Below are positions 17,801 through 25,574 of a DNA stretch of 28,303 bases, piece by piece. The stretch is from Myxococcota bacterium. Its GTDB lineage: Bacteria; Myxococcota_A; UBA796; UBA2385. The stretch is taken from the NCBI GenBank assembly GCA_044344255.1, contig JBIJDH010000046.1:1-28303 (forward strand). The letters run 5' to 3'. How positions within the stretch are numbered: the stretch's first letter is position 1; each line of letters opens with the position of its first letter. Both the position numbers and the translations under genes were made by a program. Under the pieces are notes generated by a model. That model worked only from the letters and a program-made list of their open reading frames with translations, made no database searches and was not told the origin of the DNA.

Positions 17801-20423
17801 CCGAGCAGCGGGTGGCGGTGCTGCTGGTGACGCCGTATCCGTCGCTGTCGGCGTCGAGGTAGAAGGTGTATCCGCCCGACACGGGGCTGTCGGCGTCGTC
17901 GGCGAGGCCGTCGCAGTCTTCGTCCTTGTCGGCGGCGTCACAGACCTCGGTGCCCGCCGGGTTGATCGTGTAGGCCGTGTCGTCGCAGTCGGCGGCGCGG
18001 CTCACGTAGGTCGAGGGCTGGTCGCAGGCCGAGCTGGTGGTGGCGGCCGCCCCGTAGGTGTCGCCGTCGGCGTCCTTGTACCAGGTGCTCTTGCCGCTGG
18101 CGGAGCTGTCGAGGTCATCGGCGAGGCCGTCGCAGTCCTCGTCCTTGTTGGCGCTGTCACAGAGCTCGGTGGCCGCCGGGTTGATGGCGGTGGAGGTCTC
18201 GTCGCAGTCGCCGCCCGTGGCGACGTAGGTGGAGGGCTGGTCACAGGCGCTCGACGTGGTGCCGGTGGCGCCGTAGCTGTCCCCGTCGGTGTCCTTGTAC
18301 CAGGTGGTCTTCCCGGTGGCGGAGCTGTCGGCGTCGTCAGCGAGATAGTCGCAGTCCTCATCGAGGTTCGCGCTGTCGCAGAGCTCCGTCTTGGCCGGGC
18401 TCTGGGCCGAGGAGCCGTCGTTACAGTCGCCGGAGACGGCGGCGTAGCCGGAGGGCTGGTTGCAGGCAGCGGTGGTGGTGGTGGACAGACCGTACCCATC
18501 GCTGTCCCCGTCGATATACCAGGTGCTCTTGCCGGAGACCGAGCTGTCGGCGTCGTCAGCGAGGCCGTCACAGTCCTCGTCGGCGTCGGCGCTGTCGCAG
18601 ATCTCGGAGCCCACCGGGCTCACGCTCGAGCTGCCGTCGTTACAGTCGCTGGCGTTCGAGACATAGCCCGAGGGCTGGTCACAGGCGGCGCTGGAGGTGG
18701 CGCTGGTGCCGTAGGTGTCGCTGTCGGCGTCGCGGTACCAGGTGGTCTTGCCGGTGGCGGAGCTGTCGAGGTCGTCGGCGAGGCTGTCGCAGTCCTCGTC
18801 CTTGTTGGCGCTGTCGCAGAGCTCGGTGGCGGCCGGGCTCACGGCGGTGTTGGCGTCGTCGCAGTCACCGGACCGGGAGGCGTAGGCCGAGGGCTGGTCA
18901 CAGGCCGAGGTGGTGCTGGTCGAGAGGCCGTAGGTGTCGCCGTCAGTGTCTTTGTACCAGGTCGACTTGCCGCTGGCGGCGCTGTCGAGGTCATCGGCGA
19001 GGCCGTCACAGTCCTCGTCCTTGTTCGAGGCGTCACAGAGCTCGGTGCCCGCCGGGCTGACGCTGGCGCTCGTGTCGTCGCAGTCGGAAGAATTGGAGAC
19101 GTAGCCCGTGGGCTTCTCACAGGCGACCTTCACGGTGGTCGAGAGGCCGTAGGTGTCGCCGTCGGCGTCGGCGTACCAGGTGCTCGTGCCGCTGGCCGAG
19201 GTGTCGCTGTCGTCGGAGAGGCCGTCGCAGTCCTCGTCCTTGTCGGCGGCGTCGCAGACCTCGGTCTCGCCGGGGTTGCGGTCGGCGTCGGTGTCGTCGC
19301 AGTCGGTGCTGTTGGCGACATAGTTCGCCGGCGCGTCACACTGGGCGATGGTGCGACTGCTGTCGCCGTAGGTGTCGGCGTCGCTGTCGCGGTAGTAGGT
19401 GACCCAGGTGGCGGCGTCGACGCTGACGTCGGCGTCGTCGGCGAGGCTGTCACAGTCTTCGTCGGTGTTGGTGGCGTCGCAGACCTCCGTCTCGCCCGGG
19501 CTGCGGCCGCTGTCGTAGTCGTCGCAGTCGCCGGTGAGGTCGGTGTAGCCGGTGGGCTGCTCACACTGCACCAGGGCGGCGCCCGTGCCGGTGGCGTAGC
19601 CATCGGCGTCGACGTCGCGGTACCAGGCGCTCATCGAGGCGCTGTCGGTGCCCGCGTCGTCGTCGTCGGCCGCCCCGGAGCAGTCCTCGTCGGTGTCCGC
19701 CTCGTCGCAGACCTCGGTGAGGGTGGGGGCGCGGGCCTCGTCGGCGTCGTCGCAGTCCTCGCAGGCGGGAGAGCCGTCGCCGTCCGCGTCGGCGAAGCCC
19801 ACCGAGCCGTCGCAGTTGTAGTCGGTGGCGTCGGCGCAGTCGTCCTCGACGGCGTCGGGGTGGATGGCGGCGTTGGTGTCGTCGCAGTCGTCGCCCAGGG
19901 CGACGTAGCCCTCGGGGGCGTCACAGGCCTCGACGGAGACCGCGGGGTCTCCGTAGCCGTCCTCGTCGGCGTCCATGTACCAGAGGGTGGGGTCGCTGGC
20001 GCCGTCGTCGATGGTGCCGTCGCAGTCGTTGTCTACGCCGTCGCAGAGCTCGGCGGCGCCGGGAAAGGCGGTGAGGTCAGCGTCGTCGCAGTCGCCCGCC
20101 GTGGTGACCTCGTGGTCACCCGCCTCGCAGGCGGTGGCCTCGGTGGCGGGGTCTCCGTAGGTGTCGCCGTCGAGGTCGGTGTAGACGGTGATGGCGTCGA
20201 TGGCCTCGTTGTCCACCACGTCGTCGCAGTCCTCGTCCACGCCGTCGCAGTGCTCGGCGGCGTCGGGGTTGACGTCGGCGTGTGTGTCATCGCAGTCCAC
20301 GTCGGCGGTGAAGCCGTCGCTGTCGTTGTCGATGCGGGACTTGACGATGCCGACGTCGCCACCGCCCCCGGTGCAAGCTGCGAGCGCCAGGAGGGGGAGG
20401 ACAGAGAGCAGGTGACGGAGCAT
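14814..20423 (-). CDS. Giant surface lipoprotein (1869 aa): 14 Cys/Asp-rich putative metal-binding (MopE-related) repeats and 14 FG-GAP (integrin-alpha-type) repeats
   Basis: ATG 20423 with GAGGG upstream; lipobox LALAAC; 14 copies of DC(D/N)(D/E)x5-6Px3ExCx3-5Dx(D/N)C, mostly preceded by Y-x-DxDxD-x-YG; 14 GDx(N/D)xDGxxD-type loops in the C-terminal region. Confidence 0.93.
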   Translation of the reverse strand: MLRHLLSVLPLLALAACTGGGGDVGIVKSRIDNDSDGFTADVDCDDTHADVNPDAAEHCDGVDEDCDDVVDNEAIDAITVYTDLDGDTYGDPATEATACEAGDHEVTTAGDCDDADLTAFPGAAELCDGVDNDCDGTIDDGASDPTLWYMDADEDGYGDPAVSVEACDAPEGYVALGDDCDDTNAAIHPDAVEDDCADATDYNCDGSVGFADADGDGSPACEDCDDADEARAPTLTEVCDEADTDEDCSGAADDDDAGTDSASMSAWYRDVDADGYATGTGAALVQCEQPTGYTDLTGDCDDYDSGRSPGETEVCDATNTDEDCDSLADDADVSVDAATWVTYYRDSDADTYGDSSRTIAQCDAPANYVANSTDCDDTDADRNPGETEVCDAADKDEDCDGLSDDSDTSASGTSTWYADADGDTYGLSTTVKVACEKPTGYVSNSSDCDDTSASVSPAGTELCDASNKDEDCDGLADDLDSAASGKSTWYKDTDGDTYGLSTSTTSACDQPSAYASRSGDCDDANTAVSPAATELCDSANKDEDCDSLADDLDSSATGKTTWYRDADSDTYGTSATSSAACDQPSGYVSNASDCNDGSSSVSPVGSEICDSADADEDCDGLADDADSSVSGKSTWYIDGDSDGYGLSTTTTAACNQPSGYAAVSGDCNDGSSAQSPAKTELCDSANLDEDCDYLADDADSSATGKTTWYKDTDGDSYGATGTTSSACDQPSTYVATGGDCDETSTAINPAATELCDSANKDEDCDGLADDLDSSASGKSTWYKDADGDTYGAAATTSSACDQPSTYVSRAADCDDTAYTINPAGTEVCDAADKDEDCDGLADDADSPVSGGYTFYLDADSDGYGVTSSTATRCSAGVGYSSLSGDCDDTSTSVNPGGAESCSTTADDDCDGDTNDLGASACTSFYKDTDHDTYGAGTAACYCEATSTYSVSSSSDCDDAVSTAYPGATEVCGDGIDQDCSGADTTCPTVSSLYTPSGDYNLDWISTRIEGASSSYYLGQRPSVPADFNGDGVDDLLILQIGATGGSAALLTGPFDGSTTASSGGSTLYVSASTSADGLTTVNRIGDQDGDGYEDFAVGNPGYESSSSYVNAGAVYIFSGRLTGATTASSTYPMFTGESVASGNLGQGVAPAGDTNDDGYDDFFVSATGAGSSTHGKIYLLEGPFAVGSRAVSTYASTTWTGESSASYAGIVVVGDVDLNNDGDEDMLFSAPSYSSSTGRVYIYEGPFASGAITAGSTTATAVITGKTTSDYFGHSSGLAVIPDMNGDGYDEIAVGAYANDDAATNAGKVYVFFGPLSGTVSLADADITVSGVASSDYCGFSVGGVEDMDGDGGGELLVGCYAYDYAGTSASGAGLLFYSGAVGALDALDADAVFYGGSSTDYGGYTVGPAGDFDDDGVPDLYVGAYVDEYVQTSNSGLVYLVPGNLNDGLVNAASSVTTYTTNTGYRVSTAGDFNNDGYDDVWASSATSLGYATLVLGPLGATEGGDATLSGDAASDGFGYAIDGGARFNTDAYADSVVGAYLNDQTATSAGEVYIITGRSTPISYAASTSAFAQYQGTAASDYFGYAVSVVDDWDGDGIDDFIGGAYGYSSSTGRAWLVCGPYTGQAGLITTYADSTFTSSSSGVIFAYSVDGDGDIDGDGYADVIIGSIGWDSPSSNAGAAFVYFGGANGTFTTTGADAVLEGVTTGDQAGYSVAIVGDYDKDGKDDLVVGAPSADPVGTGSGSAYLFLGSVSGTISLSSADGILNGTETGEGVGMFVDGAGDLNGDTYADFAVGSIYSDREFTDAGTVRVLYGPDTTFETGFTWHGPSSGAYAGAVGGAGDTNNDGYDDLLIGGYGAAKAWLLLGE
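17880..19300 (-). repeat. Intragenic 219-bp (73-aa) tandem repeat block, about 7 similar copies
   Basis: The cagtc(c/t)tc core recurs at 17914, 18133, 18352, 18571, 18790, 19009 and 19228, an exact 219-bp period. Confidence 0.85.
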
Positions 20424-20442
20424 GGGACCCTCGCGATCGGCA

Positions 20443-20471
20443 TTTATCGCCTGATCCCTGCCCGCTGTCAA
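20443..20471 (-). promoter_or_regulatory. Putative sigma70-type promoter (TTGACA-17 bp-GATAAA) for the giant lipoprotein gene
   Basis: Perfect -35 TTGACA (20471-20466), 17-bp spacer and imperfect -10 (20448-20443) in otherwise very GC-rich DNA. Confidence 0.5.
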
Positions 20472-20493
20472 CGCTCTCCGGGGGCGCCCCCGC

Positions 20494-21843
20494 TCAGGTG
20501 TCCCGGAAGCCCTGGCGCAGGCGGTGGGCGACCTGGGCCAGGGTGTCGGTCACGCACATGGCCGCGTTCGGGAAGTCCCGAGACTCGGTCTGTTCAGGTT
20601 GGTCGTGCTGCCCCTGGCGGATGATCTGGCGGGCCCCGCTCATCGAGACGGCCCACCGCTCGCCGGTGGCGGCCCGCGCCAGGCAGCGCCACTCGAGCGG
20701 GGCCGCGGTCCGGGTGGCCGCCGCGGGGACTGTCGCGGGGACCGGCGCGGGGACCGGCGCCGCCGGGGCGGGCCCCCGCATCGGCGCGTCGCCCCCGACC
20801 TCGGCGCGGAGGCCGAGGAAGCTCGGGAAGCGGGGCACGCCGCCGTCCGAGAGCTCCTGGTAGCGGAAGGAGACCACCGCGCCCACGGGGGGAGGTGCGT
20901 TTCGTTCGGCGTCGGAGAGGCCCGTGCCGATGGCGAAGCGCCGCCCGTCGGAGAGCTCGACCAACAGGGCCCCGAGGCGGCCCTCGTGCTTGCCGGCGCC
21001 GCCCTGGTGGCCGATCACGCGGGCCTCGGCGTCGAAGAAGCGCTTGGCCTTGAGCAGGGTGAAGGACCGCCCGGCCTCGTAGCGGGAGCCGGGCCGCCGC
21101 AGCATCAAGCCCTCGGCCCCCTCGGCCGACAGGCGGTCGAGCTCGGCCTCGAGGTGGGACAGGCCCTCGCAGCGACGGTGGTCGTGAGCCGCGGCGTAGG
21201 GGAGCGTGGGGCCGCGCAGGGTCTCGCGGACGGCGTCCAGGCGCTGCTCGAAGGGGAGCTCCACCCGCGGCGCGTCGAAGACGGCGAAGCGCACCTCCCG
21301 CCAGAGATCGGACGCGTCTTGCCGGCGGACGATGCTCACGGCCCGTTGGAACTGTTTACGCCCGACCCAGAGCTCGCCGTCGAGCACCATGTCGGGGAGG
21401 CCGGCGGTGAACCAGGCGGGGGCGAAGTAGCGGTTCCCGAGGCGGGAGACGAAGGCCTGCCCATCCCACCAGGCCCGCACCCCGTCGAGCTTCTCGCTCA
21501 TCCACCAGCCGGCGGGGTCTTGGTCGGGGGTCCAGGTGTGGGCGAGGAGCAGGGGCGGGGCCCGCACCACCCCCTCGGTCGGGCCGGGCTCGACGCCTCC
21601 CGCCACCGCGGGGGCGGCCGGACGAGCGGCGGCTGGCGCGGCGGGCGCGCCGATCCGCGCGGCTTCGGCCTCGGCGCCACGGAGGCCCTTGATGTGCTTG
21701 CAGGTGCGCCGCTCGATCGGCACCGACTGGTTCCTCCAGGCCGGACAGGAGCAAGAGTAGAGCCCGCCCACGTTCCGGACCTGATACGGGGCCGCCGCCG
21801 AGCCCTTGACCTCTCGAACCTCACCGTCAGCAAGCTCCGCCAT
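20494..21843 (-). CDS. ATP-dependent DNA ligase with N-terminal SWIM-type Zn finger and C-terminal degenerate WGR-like domain (449 aa)
   Basis: C-terminal part of track ORF 20494..24849 from ATG 21843. CSCPAW...TCKH (CxC-xn-CxH); motif I SEKLDGVR, LDGELW, FAVFDAP, EGLMLR, LLKAK; OB fold ending GVPRFPSF; C-terminal WAVSMSG...RQGQ...RLRQGF. Confidence 0.93.
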   Translation of the reverse strand: MAELADGEVREVKGSAAAPYQVRNVGGLYSCSCPAWRNQSVPIERRTCKHIKGLRGAEAEAARIGAPAAPAAARPAAPAVAGGVEPGPTEGVVRAPPLLLAHTWTPDQDPAGWWMSEKLDGVRAWWDGQAFVSRLGNRYFAPAWFTAGLPDMVLDGELWVGRKQFQRAVSIVRRQDASDLWREVRFAVFDAPRVELPFEQRLDAVRETLRGPTLPYAAAHDHRRCEGLSHLEAELDRLSAEGAEGLMLRRPGSRYEAGRSFTLLKAKRFFDAEARVIGHQGGAGKHEGRLGALLVELSDGRRFAIGTGLSDAERNAPPPVGAVVSFRYQELSDGGVPRFPSFLGLRAEVGGDAPMRGPAPAAPVPAPVPATVPAAATRTAAPLEWRCLARAATGERWAVSMSGARQIIRQGQHDQPEQTESRDFPNAAMCVTDTLAQVAHRLRQGFRDT

Positions 21844-21888
21844 GCGCACCCCCGGGGCCGAGGCCCCGCTCCCCCTAATTCGACGCCG

Positions 21889-24800
21889 GTGCCCCTCACG
21901 TCCCGACCGCCGCCCGACCCCGCGCTCCCCTCCGACCCCGCCCTCGGCGGCGGCTCGACGATCGCCGACGCGCCGGAGCCAGGCGGCACGCCGCCCGACT
22001 GGGGGCAGAGCGGGGTCGGCTGGAGCGGCGCCGAGCTGGGCCCCGCGTCTGGGCCCGCACCCGAGGGCAACCCGGCCAGCCGGAGCAGCGAGAGTCAACG
22101 TTACACACCGGGTAACCTCGTCGGTCGCGGCGGGATGGGGCGGGTCCGGGTGGCCCATGACCGGCGCCTCAGCCGAGAGGTGGCGCTCAAGGAGCTCGAC
22201 CCGAGGCTCGCGCACGTAGGCTCGGCCGTGATCCGCATGGAGCGGGAGGCCCTGCTCACCGCCGCGCTCGACCACCCCGGCATCGTCGCCGTGCACGACG
22301 CCGGCCGCCTCCCGGACGGTCGCCCCTTCTACACCATGCGCCTCGTTCGGGGCCGCAGCTTGCAGGCGGCGATCCGAGAGGCCCCCTCGCTCCAGGCGCG
22401 CCTCGGGCTCACCCGCCACCTCCTCGCCGCCGCCGAGGCCGTGGCCGCCGCCCACGAGGCCGGGGTGGTTCACCGCGACCTCAAGCCCGCCAACATCCTC
22501 CTCGGCGGCTTCGGGGAGACCCAGGTGATCGACTGGGGGCTCGCCGTCCCCCGCGCGGGGGCGGAGGGGCGCTTCCCCGCCCTCGCCGAGCTGCCGCCCG
22601 TCCGCGAGGGGGTGGTGGGCACCCCCGACTACATGAGCCCCGAGCAGGCTCTGGGGGCCGCCCCCGAGCCCACCGCGGACGTCTGGAGCCTCGGGAAGGT
22701 GCTCCAGGCCTTGCTCGTCGGCGGGAGACCGCTGCCGGGGGCGCCGCAGGGGGCCCCGCCCGAGCTCCTCGCGGTGGTGGAGCGGGCCGGCGCCGCCGAC
22801 CCGGCCGACCGCTACCCCGACGCCGGCGCCCTGGCGCTCGAGCTGCTCCGCTGGTTCGAGGGGCGGCGGGTCCTGGCTTATCGTTACACCCCCCTCGAGC
22901 TCCTCGGGCGGCTCCTCCAGGCCTGGCGGGTGCCCCTGCTCGTCGCCTCTGTGGGCCTCGCCCTCGTGATCGTGGCCTTGGGGGTGGGCTGGCAGCAGAG
23001 CCGACGGGAGCGGGACCGCGCCCAGGCGGCGGAGGTGGCGACGGGGCTGCAGCTCGCCCGCACCCAGGTGGAGCAGGCGGTGGTGGCCCTCGCCGAGGAC
23101 GCCCGCCCCCGCGCCGAGCGCCTCGCCGCCAGCGCCCTCCGCCGGGGGGACGACCCCCTCGCCCGCGGCGTGCTGGCCGCCTTCGGGGTGACGGCGCGGC
23201 CCGAGCGGCTGGAGCGGTCCGCCGGCTGGGACTGCCGCTGGTCTTCCTGGTCGGCCGACGGCGCGCTCCTCCTCTGCGGCCTCGAGTCGAGCGTCGAGCT
23301 CTGGGAAGTGGCAGAGCGGCAGCGCCGCTGGTCGGCGCCGGTGGGCGCCTGGCAGGGCTGGCTCCGCGAGGAAGTGGACGAGGTCCACCTGATCGGAGCT
23401 ACGCCCGACCTCCTCCGCCTCCGCCGCTCCGACGGCGCCGCGCTGCCGAGCCTGCCCCGCCCCGCCGACCGGCTCGCCTGGCTCCCCCGCTCGGGCCGCC
23501 GCCACGTCTGGCGGGCGGGGGCGATCTGGCCGGGCCCCCAGCCCCTCGCCGACCACCCCTGCGAGGCCGGGCTCGAGCTCGCCGTGCCCGCGTCGACGGG
23601 CGATCGGCTCGCCCTCGTGTGCGGAGAGGGCACCGTCTGGCTCGGCACCTTCGACGAGCCCCTCGGCCGCGCCGTGCCCACCCCCCTCACCGGCGACCTG
23701 CAGGCCTCCGCCGCCGCCTGGTCTCCCGACGGGGCCTCCGTGCTCCTGGGCGGGCTCCGCGGCCTGCTCGTGCGGGTCGACGTCGCCCAGGCTCGGGTCG
23801 CCGCCACCTACCGCAGCGCCCTCGGGGCCATCGAGGCCCTCGAGGTCTCGGCTGACGGCCGCCTCGCCGCGGTCACCGGGGAGCGAGGCGGGGTGGGCCT
23901 GTGGAACCTCGAGACCGGGGTCTGGCTTGGTGAGCTGCCGGCCGAGCGCCCCTTCAGCCTGCGCTTCCTGCCCGACGGGCGCACGCTGCTCGTGCACGAC
24001 GGTCGGCTCTGGCGCTGGCGGGTGCCGGGCGAGGGCAGCCCCTACCGCCTCGGCTTCTCGAGCGGCGTCGCCGACCTCGCCCTCTCCCCCGATGACGCCC
24101 GTCTCGCCGTGGCGACCGGCGACGGCGGGGTCCATGTCCTCGATCGGCGGAGCGGGCGCGCGGAGGCGCCGCGGCGGCTCGGGGAGGCCGTGGTCAAGGC
24201 CGTGGCCTGGTCGCCCGACCGTGAGGCCCTCTTCGCGACCGGCATGGGCGGCGCGGAGCTCGCCCGATTCACCACAGTGGGGGAGCGCGCCCTGTCCGGG
24301 GCCCGGCCGCTGCGCCGCCTCGTGGTCTCCCCCGGCGGCGCGCTGCTCGGCCTCGACCTCACCCGCGGCCTCGCCCGTTGGAGCGGGGCCGGCGAGGGGC
24401 CGGTCTGGTCCGAGCCGGCGCGGTCCTTCAGCGATCTGGAGCCCGACGGCGCCGGCGCGGTGGCCCTCGACGGAGACGGCGGGCTGTTCCATGTGGAACA
24501 GGCGGGGCAGATCGAGGCCGTCGGCCTGCACCCCGGGGCGCTCGCCGCGGCCGCCTCCCCCGCGCTCTGGGGGCTCGCCTATGCCGACCGGGTCGAGCTC
24601 TGGCGCCGCGCCGGCCCTGGTCCGGGTCAGCGCCTCCACAGCCTGCCCGCCCCCCAGGCCGACCTCCGCGACCTCGCCTTCTCCCCGGACGGCCGCCTCG
24701 TCGCCGCCGGGGGCCTCGACGGCCGGGCGCGGGTCTGGTCGGTCTCGGACGGCGCCCTGCGGCTCGTGCTCCCCGGCCACGTCGAGCGCATCGCCGCCCT

Positions 24801-24936
24801 CACCTTCAGCGCCGACAGCGAGCGGCTCGTGACCGGGAGCTGGGACCACAGCGTCCGCCTCTGGGACCTCTCGCGCCTGGACTGGACCGCGGAGGCGCTC
24901 GCCGACGAGGTCCTGGCCGTGTGGGGGACGGAGTAG
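21889..24936 (+). CDS. Hanks-type Ser/Thr protein kinase with transmembrane helix and WD40 repeats (about 1015 aa)
   Basis: GRGGMGRV, VALK, HRDLKPANIL, DWG, GTPDYMSPEQ; hydrophobic segment VPLLVASVGLALVIVALGVGW; WD40 repeats such as GHVERIAALTFSADSERLVTGSWDHSVRLWD. Start GTG 21889 is inferred. Confidence 0.92.
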   Translation: MPLTSRPPPDPALPSDPALGGGSTIADAPEPGGTPPDWGQSGVGWSGAELGPASGPAPEGNPASRSSESQRYTPGNLVGRGGMGRVRVAHDRRLSREVALKELDPRLAHVGSAVIRMEREALLTAALDHPGIVAVHDAGRLPDGRPFYTMRLVRGRSLQAAIREAPSLQARLGLTRHLLAAAEAVAAAHEAGVVHRDLKPANILLGGFGETQVIDWGLAVPRAGAEGRFPALAELPPVREGVVGTPDYMSPEQALGAAPEPTADVWSLGKVLQALLVGGRPLPGAPQGAPPELLAVVERAGAADPADRYPDAGALALELLRWFEGRRVLAYRYTPLELLGRLLQAWRVPLLVASVGLALVIVALGVGWQQSRRERDRAQAAEVATGLQLARTQVEQAVVALAEDARPRAERLAASALRRGDDPLARGVLAAFGVTARPERLERSAGWDCRWSSWSADGALLLCGLESSVELWEVAERQRRWSAPVGAWQGWLREEVDEVHLIGATPDLLRLRRSDGAALPSLPRPADRLAWLPRSGRRHVWRAGAIWPGPQPLADHPCEAGLELAVPASTGDRLALVCGEGTVWLGTFDEPLGRAVPTPLTGDLQASAAAWSPDGASVLLGGLRGLLVRVDVAQARVAATYRSALGAIEALEVSADGRLAAVTGERGGVGLWNLETGVWLGELPAERPFSLRFLPDGRTLLVHDGRLWRWRVPGEGSPYRLGFSSGVADLALSPDDARLAVATGDGGVHVLDRRSGRAEAPRRLGEAVVKAVAWSPDREALFATGMGGAELARFTTVGERALSGARPLRRLVVSPGGALLGLDLTRGLARWSGAGEGPVWSEPARSFSDLEPDGAGAVALDGDGGLFHVEQAGQIEAVGLHPGALAAAASPALWGLAYADRVELWRRAGPGPGQRLHSLPAPQADLRDLAFSPDGRLVAAGGLDGRARVWSVSDGALRLVLPGHVERIAALTFSADSERLVTGSWDHSVRLWDLSRLDWTAEALADEVLAVWGTE

Positions 24937-24994
24937 GGCGGTGTGCGGGATAGAGCCGGCTCCGGATAGGCTCAGCCTCCTCTTGCCGTCGGCG

Positions 24995-25549
24995 GTGCGC
25001 GTGCCCCTCCCGAGCGCCTTCTACGACCGCCCCACCCTCGAGGTCGCCCGCGGGCTGCTCGGCTGTGAGGTGGGGATGGGCCCGGTGGTGCTGCGCATCG
25101 TGGAGACCGAGGCCTACCTGCCCGGAGACAGCGCGGCGCACGCCTCCCGAGGGCGGACGCCGCGAAACGCGCCGATGTTCGGGCCGCCGGGCCACGCCTA
25201 CGTCTACCTCTGCTACGGCCTGCACCAGATGCTGAATTTCGTGACCGAGGCGGAGGGGCGACCGGCGGCCGTGCTCCTGCGCGGCGCGGTCGTGGTCGCA
25301 GGCGAGGCGCTCGTGCGGGAGCGCCGAGGTGGCCGCCTCGACTGCATCGGTCCGGGCAAGCTCGGCGCCGCGCTCGGTATCGACACGCGCTGGTCTGGCG
25401 CGCCGCTCGATGGCAGCCGCGGCCTCACCGTGGAGCCGGGCCCGCCGCCCGACACGGTGAGGGCGGGGCCGCGGGTGGGCATCGACTACGCCCTGCCGGA
25501 GCACCGGGACGCGCCCTGGCGCTTTCGGGGCGCCTGGACCCGCCCTTGA
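24995..25549 (+). CDS. mpg: DNA-3-methyladenine glycosylase (MPG/AAG family)
   Basis: FYDRPTLEVARGLLG, RIVETEAY, GPPGHAYVYLCYGLH, GPGKL, GPRVGI and PWRF. Start uncertain (GTG at 24941, 24995 or 25001). Confidence 0.95.
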   Translation: MRVPLPSAFYDRPTLEVARGLLGCEVGMGPVVLRIVETEAYLPGDSAAHASRGRTPRNAPMFGPPGHAYVYLCYGLHQMLNFVTEAEGRPAAVLLRGAVVVAGEALVRERRGGRLDCIGPGKLGAALGIDTRWSGAPLDGSRGLTVEPGPPPDTVRAGPRVGIDYALPEHRDAPWRFRGAWTRP

Positions 25550-25574
25550 GGCAGCCCCCGAGCCCGGTCACCGT

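Noticed and set aside
20524..24849. Apparent 1451-aa ligase and 1470-aa kinase ORFs overlapping each other
   Set aside because: Each extension is the stop-free antisense frame of the other gene; real starts are near 21843 (-) and 21889 (+).
21889..24936. Kinase-WD40 protein as the activator of the gasdermin-like protein
   Set aside because: It lies more than 11 kb away, has no protease or NACHT domain, and such kinases are abundant in genomes of this kind.
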